From the human T2T-CHM13v2.0 reference genome, Homo sapiens: DNA of 64,000 bases. Positions 51,642 to 62,379 of this stretch are shown here, in pieces. Numbering within the stretch: position 1 is the stretch's first letter; the number at the start of each line of letters is the position of its first letter. Location: the NCBI RefSeq assembly GCF_009914755.1, contig NC_060930.1; one strand, given 5' to 3'. Below the pieces are notes generated by a model, which saw nothing but the letters and a program-made list of their open reading frames with translations, was not told where the DNA came from and did not search any database. Both the position numbers and the translations under genes were made by a program.

Positions 51642-53600
51642 TTATAGCTCTTTCTCTTCAAACCTTTTTAGCATAATTTGGCTCCGTTGTTCTACTTGGT
51701 CTTCTAGCAGGAAAAGCTCATTTGGATAAGGGGAAGGAGGGTGGTAAGAGGTTTTAGTGAGAGCTGTTTCAATGAGCTTTTGTATTAGTCCTTGGGCACA
51801 GGGTATGATGCAACATCCTACGAGAATAAGCAGCCTTATTCCCATGGCAAGAGAGATGAGGATTGAGGACATAAGTCTTTTCCATCTACCGAACCAATTT
51901 CCTATTAAATTTGTGAAGGGATCGTTTAGTCCAGAATTTTTGGATAGCTCATTTGATAAGGCGGTAAGACCTTGTAATGCTTTAGTTATGGTCCTGCCGG
52001 GAGCAGTATTATTAGGGATATAGGTACAGCATTGGGTCCTGATCATGACACAAACTCTACCTTCCTTTGCTAATATCATGTCTAATGCTATGGTATTTTC
52101 CTAGGCCATTTGAATGGTAGGCCCTAATTGTTTACCTATCCTTTTAATAGCAACTCTAGTATAATTAATACATTGTTGCCGATTGTAATAAATGTAATTT
52201 ATCTAATTCACATTTTTATTTATAGTTAACCACTAGAAGAATGTGGATTCAAATCCGGCAGTTATTCAACTTTGAGCCTTAAATTCATTTGGCACTCCTT
52301 GTGGGACTTCAATGGCATTTATATAAACATGAGAATCAAAGGACTCAACGAAGGCCTCTCTTGTTTGACGATGTTTGATTCTTATCCTTTCTGGTTGGTG
52401 AAATGCCAGGGTGAAAGGGATGGCCAATTGAATCAGAGCACAAATTCCGCTCCAGTTACTTGGCAGAGTGTCCAGTATTGGTCCACCACAATATCACCAC
52501 ACATCCACTCGAGGATGGCTAAGGGCAGACTGATGGGTAAGCGCTTGGAAGGGCCTAAGCTCAGTGCATCCCGTTAAGGCTCCTAGGAACGCCAAGTTCT
52601 CCTTGTCATGAGAGACACGAAGTAAATTGGCATTGGGAGATGGACGCTGGATGGCCCTCGGGGGCTGACCTGCAGGGTGTTGAACTTCAGGGAACAGCAG
52701 AAAAAGAGCTTGGCATGATTTGTTCCCTCAGGCTGAGGGGTTTTGGAAGAGAGCTACCATATGGTTCATGCCTGGTCGGCTGGAAGACCATCCAAGTGGA
52801 AAGGGGACAGTCTGGGTCTCTGGTCTACTGTGCGCACAAACGTAGCATTCACTTTTGTTTAAAGTGCAGACGGAATATTTAATCTGTTCCAGCCAAACAT
52901 TTGCATCTTGATATCCTGTCTTTACAGCTATGGTTTGCCTTCAGTTTTCTACCTCCACAACCATTACCTTGGTTGGGTCATTTTGTAGATGGGAGGAGGA
53001 CTTTGGACTCACTATACTTGGGGAGAGCATTGGGTTCCATGTGTCTCTCAGACTCTGGGTCTGAATTTCTTTATTATTAACTAGTGGTTTAACTAACTTT
53101 AGAGAGAAGGTGCCTATAGGGTATTGTCTGGCAACGTCTGCTCCTAACCTATACCGTTCAAATATAGAGGGCTCTTGGGCCATTGTCTGGGATTATCTAT
53201 AATCAGCAATAAGGGGTTACAGTGCAATGGCTTACAATTTGGTGGGGTGGGACCACGGACTAGTTGGAGTTTTTGTTTTAGTCCTTGTAACTTATTTGAA
53301 ACAGGGGGCCTAGCTGCCCACCCTTTGTACTTAGTGGTCCACCAAACATCTGCATAGTCACTACAGGAACTTTTTAAAGCTCCATACTTAGTTGACTCTT
53401 TGTGGTATGGACATAGATAGTTATCAACATGGGATAGCTTCCTTTAAGCTTGCTCATCTCCACACGGGATGACTGGACAGGCATTGAACTGAAGGGTTAA
53501 ATGATGGCTGGCCTGAACTACATTGACGACAAGAAGAACTTCTGTTGAGAAGAAAAAAGAAAATAAACAGTGATTATTAGGCTCTTTTTAGAGTTAGTTT
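51642..53600 (-). pseudogene. env: Disrupted retroviral env (SU-TM). The TM C-terminal 145 aa are open.
   Basis: ISD-like MA*ENTIALDMILA, CX6CC motif CVMIRTQCC and a hydrophobic anchor. Upstream SFDSHVYINAIEVPQGVPNEFKA and FNACPVIPCG are typical of HERV-I/IP env. Multiple stops. Confidence 0.9.
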
Positions 53601-56446
53601 GGTGGGGGTGAGCCTTGCAGTGACAGTCTATGATTCTGGAGGTGGCGGCATCTTTTTGACTCGGGTGTGATGAATCCGTCCTCTTTCAGCTGTCTGGACT
53701 GCAGTCTCAGTAGTTAGGAGCACTAGGTAGGGTCCTTCCCAATCTGGTTCGGGTTTCCTTTCCTTTCACCGTTTGATGAGGAGGACATGGTCTCCAGGCT
53801 GATGCTAATGTGCTGGAAACTCCAGGGGTGGTGCCTGTGCTAGGAGACCTTTAGTCTTAAGGAAGAGGAGGTAGAGGATAGACGAAGTACATAATTTTTG
53901 AGGAACTGATCTTTTGTTTAAAATGTAGGGATGTCAGCAGTGGAATATAAGTAGGGCAATCTGTAGAGCATATCATAAGGGGAAAGGCCAATGTCTCTCC
54001 GAGGGGCAGTCCAGATTCTTAACAAAGCAAAAGGGAAGACATTTAGTCCATGGCAATCAAGTTTCTACAACTAACTTAGTTAAGTAGTTTTTTAGAGTCT
54101 GATTCATCTGCTCTACTCTTCCTGAGGAGGATGGATGCCAAGGGATGTGGTACTCCTAATTTATATCTAATACTTAGGCTAACTTCTTAATGACATTTGC
54201 AGTGAAATGGGTTCTATTATCTGAATCAATATTTTCTATTAGTCCAAATCTGGGTACGATATTTTCAATTAATGCCTTAACTACATTATTGGCAGTTGCA
54301 CTTGAGAATGGGATAGCCTCTACCTAGTGGTAAAGTGGTCTATTATTACTAATAAGTATTTTAAATGACTAATTGGGGGCATTTCAGTATAAACAATCTG
54401 AACACTTTGAAATGGTCTCATCCCTGGATTCCTTCCTCCAAAGGGTGATTTCCTCAGAATCTGCTTATTAGCCTTTTTACATATGAGGTGACTATCCGTA
54501 ACTTGTTTGGCCAGGGTGTAAATTCCTATACACCCGTAAACCTGGAGAACTGCATCGCACATTGCTTGGGGTCCCCAGTGGGTCCTTTGATGTAATTCAG
54601 ACAAGACCTCCTTAATGAGAGGTTTTGACAACATCTCCTTTTGATCTAGTAATATCTATTTCCTTTCTGTGTTTTTTTTAGCTCCTATTCTTATTAACTT
54701 CCCTTTTTCAATGGGAGAGAAAATGGGGGTTGCGGTAAGAGAAGGAAGGCATGGGGTTAAATGAAAAACAAGCATTTTGGAAGAAATGGAAACTTGCTTT
54801 GCTATCTGATCTGTGAGATTATTTTCTTTACTTGTGAAAGACAAGTCCTTTTGATGCCTTGGGACATGTACATTCGCTATCTCTTCTGGCAATTGGAGAT
54901 TGTTGAGGACACGAACAATTAATTCTCTATGAACTAAATCTTGGCTTCTACTAATGATAAGACCTCTCTCCGTCCAAATTTTCCTAAATGTGTTTGCCAC
55001 CTTAAAGGCATACTAGAGTCAGTATAGATAATTCCTTCTTGGTTTTATAAATGTTCTAAAGCTTGGCTGAGTGCAAACAATTCACATGTCTGGACAGACC
55101 AACTATTAGGCAGTCTTCCTGATTCTACTTCTTCAAGCGTTTCTCCATCAATTTCTGAAAAACTATTATGTCTTTTCCTTTCAATTAGCTGGGAGGACCT
55201 ATCTATGAATAAGTGCTGCCCTGTCTTGAAGGGAGTTTCTCCTAAGTCTCCTAACTTTTATATGGTAATCAATCAAATCTAAGCATGCGTGCTCTTTTTT
55301 TTAGGTTTGGATCCTCTGTTAAGAAGCCTGCTGGATTAAGTGAATTATCAGTAGTTAATATTAAATCATCTTTCTTCAGTAGGATAGAGTGACTGGGTCT
55401 AAGACCTTTGACGAGAAGGCCATGGCTGTTGACGGCCTCCATGCTCCTGGATAAGCACTCCTAGAGTTACCTTGTTATTTACATTAACAAAAAGGTGAAA
55501 TGGCTTTTCTATGGAGGGTAGAGTTAGAACAGGGGCAGTTACGAGCATCTCTTTTAATTCCTCAATTTGCTGGATATCCTCAGAAGTCCACAAGAGACAA
55601 TCAGGCTTCCACTGGGCAAGTTCCTCATAAAAAAGTTTACTTTTTAATGCATATGAGTCAATCCATAAATGGCAATATCTAACTAGTCCTAAAAATTTCC
55701 TGAGTTCTTGTTTAATTTGAGGCAGGGGTAGGGAAACAATTCCCTCCACTCTTTCAGGTCCTATTCTTCATTTACATGCACTGATTAGGTAACCTAAGAA
55801 TTTAACTTCAGGTTCTACATACTGAAGTTTCCTTTTTGAGACCTGAAACCCCTCACATTGCAAGTGATTGAGAATGTGTGTAGAGAAGTCACCTACTTCC
55901 TTTACATCTTTACTAAATATAAGAAGATCATCCATGTACTGAAGCAGGAATATTTGCTTAGGGACTGTGACTTTCTCTAGTACTTGTTCTAGAATCTGAC
56001 CATAGAGTTTGGGGGATTCTGTGAACCTTTGGGGCAAGACTGTTCATCGATATTGTTGTCTCCACCCTGAATGGGGGCTTCTTACTCAAAAGCAAATACA
56101 TCTTGGCTATCCTCAGCCAAGGGGCATGCCCAGAAGGCATCCTTTAAATCTATCACTGTAAACCACAGAATTTTGCTAAGAATGGTGTAAGGGTTAGGAA
56201 CAATGGGGTGAGAGGTCTGGACTATTTGATTAATAGCTTTAAGGTCTTGCACTAATCGATATGACCTATCTGATTTTGTGACAGGCAGAATTGGGGTATT
56301 GTAAGGAGACATGCAGGGTTCAAGAAGCCTATCTTTAATGAGACCTTCAATTACAGGCTTTTAGCCCTACTCTGCTCTCTAAAGGAATGGGGTATTGCTT
56401 TCTCCTTACAATTTCCTCAGGAGTTTTTAGTTTGATAAGCATTGGA
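53600..56446 (-). pseudogene. pol: Disrupted retroviral pol (RT, RNase H, integrase)
   Basis: SPYNTPILPV, FTVIDLKDAF, LLQYMDDLL, RNase H VHVPRHQ..N.LTD and integrase HHCC-like LHQRTHWG...IC. Confidence 0.92.
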
Positions 56447-57065
56447 GGGCAAGTGACACAGGTGAGGGGGTGGCCTGAAATGGCTGGGGAGTAAACTGAA
56501 ACTGCAGCTGGAGGGACAGAAACCGGAGGAGTGGGATCAGGGACAACCAGAAGAGTGACGCAAGCAGGGGAGGGACCTGAAACGGAAATGGGAGCCGGAG
56601 GGGTGCGACTGGGGGCACTGAACAGGGAAAGATGATCTAGAGGGTCCCAGGTGTTAGTGGGTATGGGTTGTCTAGACATGGGGACTCTTTCCTTCCAGAG
56701 GGGTTGGCTTCTGGCTTTCTCCTCCTGGAGTCTAAAGGGGGAAGAAGGACAGGTCCCTGCTGCCAACAGAGGGCATAATCGATTTCTTCCTTGGAGACAG
56801 GGCTCTTATCATTAACACGCTCGATTAAGAGCTGACAAATCTGCTCCTCATTAGACCTAAATTTTGGCCAGAAAAGTGAGGGTTTAAGATGGATTCTCAA
56901 ACCCAAATAAAACAACAATATTTTATCATCTGCTGTTTTTGTTGATACCTGGTTCTCTCATTATCTTTCCAATACTTTAGCATAGGCCCCAGTGGACTAT
57001 CAGAGGGACTTTCATCACTCTCTTGACTCTTTAAAGTTTTCCTGTCTTACTTGAATGTTCCTCAT
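56447..57065 (-). pseudogene. gag: Truncated gag (matrix plus Pro-rich region only)
   Basis: ATG at 57065, then PSDSPLGPMLKYWKDNERT, LKPSLFWPKFRSNEEQICQLL and a Pro-rich stretch. It runs directly into RT. Confidence 0.85.
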
Positions 57066-57076
57066 CTTAGGGGTTA

Positions 57077-57344
57077 GGGGGGGCTTCAACCTCTCCTGTT
57101 AGAGGTGTCTACACCCCTCTTTCTAGAGGCTCACTGAGGCTTTAAGAGGGGGTTCAACCTCTTGTGTTAGAGGTATCTTACCCCCTCTCTTTCTGGAGGC
57201 TCACTGAGGCTTTAAGAGGGGGTTCAACCTCTTGTGTTAGAGGTGTCTTACCTCCCCCTTTCTGGAGGCTTACTGAGGCTTTAAGAGGGGGTTCAACCTC
57301 TTGTGTTAGAGGTATCTTACCCCACTCCTCTTTCTAGAGGCTCA
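57077..57344. repeat. Tandem array of 4 x ~70 bp in the proviral 5' leader
   Basis: Units start at ~57077, 57146, 57216 and 57285: gagggggttcaacctcttgtgttagaggtatcttaccccctctctttctggaggctcactgaggctttaa. Confidence 0.95.
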
Positions 57345-57794
57345 GCCCCTCCCGTTAGGGGTTTCCTGCATATCCTATAGCTCACCCCCCTGGAGGCTCC
57401 TTGCACTCTTCTTTTTTTTTTGTCTACTCTGACTGTTCCTGCCCCTAGTTGATGGGTGGCAGCATGAAACTGCAGAGAAGATTCACTCACTCCACACAAC
57501 CATAATGCTTAGTCCCATTTACACACTGTCAACCATCAAATTATCCCGACCACCAGGGAAATACTTTGTCGTCTTTGTGAAGTCTCCTACCTTATTCTCT
57601 GCACAAGAATTACCTGGTTTCTTATTGCTATGGTCTTGCAAGCCTCTCTTCCCTGCTTTGCTGAGAACCCAGATTTATTCATCACAACGGGTGGGCCCTG
57701 ATCCCCCTCACCCCCGGGCCACCATAACTAGACAGTGGGATGAATCCCTCTTAGGTAAGGTGACCAAAGACCTCCTTCCCAAAGGAGAATATTT

Positions 57795-57812
57795 GCCCCA
57801 CACTGGGCGCCA
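57795..57812 (-). promoter_or_regulatory. Primer binding site, tRNA-Lys1,2-like
   Basis: Minus strand TGGCGCCCAGTGTGGGGC, 16/18 to TGGCGCCCAACGTGGGGC, 4 nt downstream of the 5' LTR. Confidence 0.85.
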
Positions 57813-57816
57813 GAAT

Positions 57817-58322
57817 TGTTGGAAATAACACTCAAAATCCTAAGGAAATTGAACACTCAAACAAAAGATTCTTAGCAAAGCAATTTTACTTCTGCGCAGA
57901 AGGGTGCTTCTCCTTGGCCAGTCGCCATGAGAGCACACCTGAACAAAGGGGTATGAAAGCCTTTATTCCTGGCACAAGTCCTGCCCCTGTGCCCTTTCCC
58001 CATTGGCTGGGGTCAGGCCACACAATGTAAACTAGTCCCGGTTGGCTAAACATTTGAACTTTCTTTAGATAAGGTGGGCGGGTAAAGGAGAGAGGGGAAA
58101 GGGGAAGGGGTGTCTGCAAGGAGCTAGAGAGCTAGTCTTCTTTCCAAATAGGGAAAGGAATGTGAGCTGGTGCTGATAATGCCTGGTACTGTTGCATATC
58201 TGGGCATGTAACAAAGGTAGAAAGAAAGAAAGAGGAGAAAAAGGGAAAAAGGGGCAGTACTATGAATTAAAGAATAAAGGATCGTTCAGGCTATTGGAGG
58301 AGACACTTCATCATATCCCACA
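57817..58322 (-). repeat. 5' LTR (506 bp, LTR10B-like)
   Basis: Direct repeat of the 3' LTR, roughly 10% diverged by manual count. CCAAT and AATAAA are present on the minus strand. Confidence 0.95.
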
Positions 58323-60609
58323 CAGTTTTTCCCATTTTTCATTTCTATATGTGTATACCTAATACACAGAAGACAATTTGCTTTTAAGTAACAGATTACT
58401 TTAAATATTTTCCTACAAGTCTGTCAACTTTTTGTTTCAAAAAACTTGTTTTACAATCTTAATTTTAAAATTAAGATTGTTGATTTAAATTAACTGGTTG
58501 CATTTTAGTGTCACTGCCCTGAAGGGCTACTGACTTCCTAGGGAGCAGAGGACAGGACACTTTGTGTTCAGCAGCAATGTGCTTTGGGTGAGGGCTCTGT
58601 CTAATTTTTCATTCAGGGCTCTCTCTGCATGTTTGAGTTTAAGACCACCTCCAACCTTGTACCCTGCAATTCTCTGTTTTTTTCATTAACATTCAGGATG
58701 TGCCACTTTGTTTTCATCAAGACCAATTTGACTTGACCCATTTTAGGTAGAACTTTTCCTAAAATTTTAATAAAATTCTTTTAATGGCAAGTTGGTGGTA
58801 GAGGTGGGGTGATAGTCTCCTTTTCTCAGTTTCTAAAATGATGGCCTAAGACAAAACTTTAAGGCAATCTAGGAGGAAGTTTAAAAAAATATTATTCCTT
58901 CTCTAGGATTTATAGTCTTTAGAGAGGCTCCAGCCATCCTGTCAGTCCTTTTCTTTCCAAGAATTGCCATTGGTAAGAAGATCATCTTCCCCTAAATTAA
59001 GGGCCAAACCCACAGAAGCCTGTTATGGACCATGGAATGATCTCAAGACCGTTTCAGTTAGGTACTACTGGAAACCATATACTATTCTGGAATGATGAAA
59101 CTCCGTTTTAATATCACTTGACTCATTTAATAGAAACATTTACAGGGAATACACCAAGTGGAAAAAGTTTTTACATTTCCTTTCCAATGGGATTATCAGT
59201 TTCATGTCCCAATTAAATACGTTTTCAATTTGATCATGGCTGGTCTAAGCAGGTACTTCTGACATTTGGCTACAAGGGAGTGAAGGAAAACTGTGTGTGT
59301 AATTTTTCTCCTTTGTTCTGTGTTCACCCTTAATCTAAGGCTCTTAATCCCTTGGTGAGGGTAGAGGAAGTGCTTTTTTGAGTTAACTCTTTTCTCATGT
59401 CCGGCATCAAAGTCTTTTCTATCTCAAATATCTCTTACCAAGGATATTTGGCATCCACAATCAGCTCCCTCAGTTGGGTGGTCAAATGTTTTTCTCATCT
59501 GTGCCTATTAGGATTTGGAGCCTTTGTGCACATTTTCACTTCCACATCCACATACATGGCTATTAGGAGAGTTCAGGTGATTGCTCTGACGCAGGTAAAG
59601 GACAGAAAATTCTTTATAAATTGTAAGCAAAGAGCTTAAGAATTTAATTGCATGAAGGTAGCTACACAAAAGAGGAAACACTACTATACTCAAATTTGAG
59701 GGACAAACATGCCTTACCTTCAGCTCTCTCTGAACAACTTCAATTACTGATCAAGATGAGGTCCCCTTCTGGATTCTTTGAGATGTTCAGCTCTTCTAAT
59801 GTAAGAGAATCTGAAACCCTCCAGTCCTTACTGTCTACAATGTAGAAACTGGTTATGTGACTGCCACTGACCAGTTGGACATAATTCCTAATACAAAGAC
59901 CGGGTGAATGGAAGGTCATTTTTCCAACTACATTGCTCCTAACAGACCCAGACTTCAGTCCTTCAGTCATGCTGAGGTCTGGGATCAATCTATGCATGTC
60001 ATAGACTTGCCTGCATATAACACATTTTTCTGTATAAGTTTATTGGAATGAATTCACCTCAATTTTTGTAGAATTTTATTTTCATGTTTGGGTTACAACA
60101 GAGACAAAAATAAAAATCTATAGGTATTAAAGATATCTGGGACTAAACTCTATCTTATATGTGTAAAGGCCTTATAATTTTTAAATAATAATAGCACATA
60201 CCCTGGATTTGTGTTGTTGCTACTTTGACTTGTGATTTTGTTTGGGATTCTGATATTTCTTCACTATAATTTTATATGTTTTGGTAAATGGATTATTTAC
60301 AGTTTATAATGATGAAGACAATAAGATCTTATGTGCTCACAAGTAGCAGTAAGCTGTCTTGACTGAATTAAGAACCTTTTTATTCTGGCAAAAGTTATAT
60401 AGTTCTCATTATATTTTAAATTTTACTTCTAATACTTAACTTCAAGAATCTTGAGGGTAGAATTTGTGTCTTATTCTTCTTTGTCCTCTATAGTGCTTAA
60501 CATATTGTCAGCACAAACCATATCTTCTTTTCTAGATTTTCCCTCTGATTGACATTCACCATTTTTCATGGCCACATAAAAATATTACTACTAAAAATAT
60601 CAATAAAGA

Positions 60610-60790
60610 ACATTTACCTAAAACTTGCTATATGTCAAGCACTACGTAAAGCCTGTTACGTGGGTTATTTCAAAACATGGTTATACACATTAATCTCTCA
60701 TTTTGTGGATGAGTACTATGAAGCACAGGTGGATAAAGTAACTTTGCAAGGCTACACAACTACTGAAAATGAGTCAGCGAATATGCCTGT
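60610..60790 (-). mobile_element. MIR SINE
   Basis: ctatatgtcaagcact...ctcattttgtggatgagtactatgaagcacagg...aagtaactttgcaaggctacacaact. Confidence 0.7.
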
Positions 60791-60914
60791 GGGAACCACA
60801 CTTTTCAATTACTATAATACACTATAGTTTTACCCAATTTAGTCCAGAGTTTCTCTTATGGAGAAAAATGTTCTCTTGGGGGGATTTCTTAATGGGCTTT
60901 TTGGTTTGTCCATT

Positions 60915-61800
60915 TAGTCAATTTGGTTAACAAATACATGTATTGAGCATAACATGCCAGTTTGATATAGAAATAAACTAGTCAAAATGCCCCCATACCT
61001 TCAAAGAGCCTTCATTCCAATGGGAAGACAGGAAATAAATAATCACTAATAAATATGCAAGTCATCAGAGAGTGATAAGTGCTATACAGAAAAAGAAATC
61101 AAGGTGAGAAGGAATAAAATTGTTTAGGGAAAAGGGGACTATTTGATCTTTTACATAGTATGAACAAGGAAACCCTCTTTGATAAGGTGAAATTTGAGTA
61201 GAGACTTGAAAGCTGTGAAGTGAAGACCTGCAGATACCTGGAGAAAAAAGTGCATCTGGCCGAGGGAATAATTGTGAGGAGGCAGCACGAAAAGCCTCCA
61301 GAAGGAAACAATAGGAGGTTAGGTCAGAAAGTATCAAGGAAGGGCACAGACTATGCAAGGTCTTGAAAGGGCTTGACTTTTACTCCAAGAAGGAGATGGA
61401 AAGTACTTGGAAGTATGTGAGCAGAGGAAAGTCATGATTTGACTTATATTTTAGAAAGATCAGTCAGGATTCTGTGTTGCTAGCAAACTAGAGAAGGCAA
61501 TAATGGAAACTAGTTAGGGTGTACTAGTTAGTTGGCTACTGCAATCATCCAAGTGAGAGAGAGTGGAAGCTTAGACCAGGTGGTAGAGATGGACATGGTA
61601 AGAGGGGATCAGATTCTGCTCATTTTGAAGGTAGAGTTGCAGGATTTACTATTATTAGTGTTATGATTTATTTGTTTACTCATTAGATGTGGAATGTGAA
61701 AGAAAAAGATAAATTTAGGTTTGGCTTCACGTTTTTTCTTATCAAACTAAAGAAGAGAGTTGTCATTTACTGACATAGAGAAGACAGAGAAATGAGTAGA
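60915..61800 (-). mobile_element. L2 LINE 3' region
   Basis: aacaaatacatgtattgagca, ataaggtgaaatttgagtagagacttgaa, gatttgacttatattttagaaagatca, ggctactgcaatcatccaagtgagag. Confidence 0.85.
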
Positions 61801-62379
61801 ATCAGAGAAAATCAAAAGTTGGATTAAGCCAAAATGAGTCTCAAGGAGAGTCTGGATGGGAGAGTCAGAGCACAACAGGCACTAATACTACTTTAAGATG
61901 AGAGACGGACGAAAGTGAGTTTTAAATTGATTGCTGTTTGGTTTTGTACGCTACCTCTGTAGGCATCCAGCTTCATGAGTATTTTAGGAGAAGAAAATGA
62001 GGACTATGTCCAGATAAAACTGGAGAGATTTAGTGAAATGGCTGTGAATAGTGATGAGATAGAACTAGGCAATAAAAGAAAAAGCCAGAAAAAGGAATTC
62101 ATAGTTACATTTTTAAGTAGACCTAAGTAATATCTTTGGTGTTAATTTTTTTCTTAATAAATGTAGATTCTTAAATTAACCTATCATATATGTGTATATT
62201 ACTACTCCAAATTTCCTTAATTTTTTAAAAAAGGAGACATAAGATATCTGTAGTACTCTCATTTTAAATATGCTGCTCTATGAAATTAAATATGTATGTA
62301 TGTATAGATAGCATATACATATATACATATGTTTACCTCTGAGGTAAAGATACAAAATATTTTCAGATATCAAGAAGTG

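Larger units (their letters stand above)
51123..58322 (-). mobile_element. Class I (gamma-like) endogenous retrovirus, HERV-I/HERV-IP10 group with LTR10(B)-like LTRs, internally deleted
   Basis: Two LTRs with TG...CA ends, a 4-bp TSD cagt (51119-51122 and 58323-58326), PBS, PPT, and gag-pol-env remnants in order on the minus strand. Confidence 0.92.

Noticed and set aside
57077-57344. CRISPR-like array of palindromic repeats
   Set aside because: The units are head-to-tail with no unique spacers, there are no cas genes, and the array sits in a primate ERV leader.
51123-58322. Replication-competent provirus, or an LTR10A/F-type AP-1 VNTR enhancer
   Set aside because: All genes are disrupted and CA/NC/PR are deleted. 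No TGAGTCA repeats are seen in either LTR.
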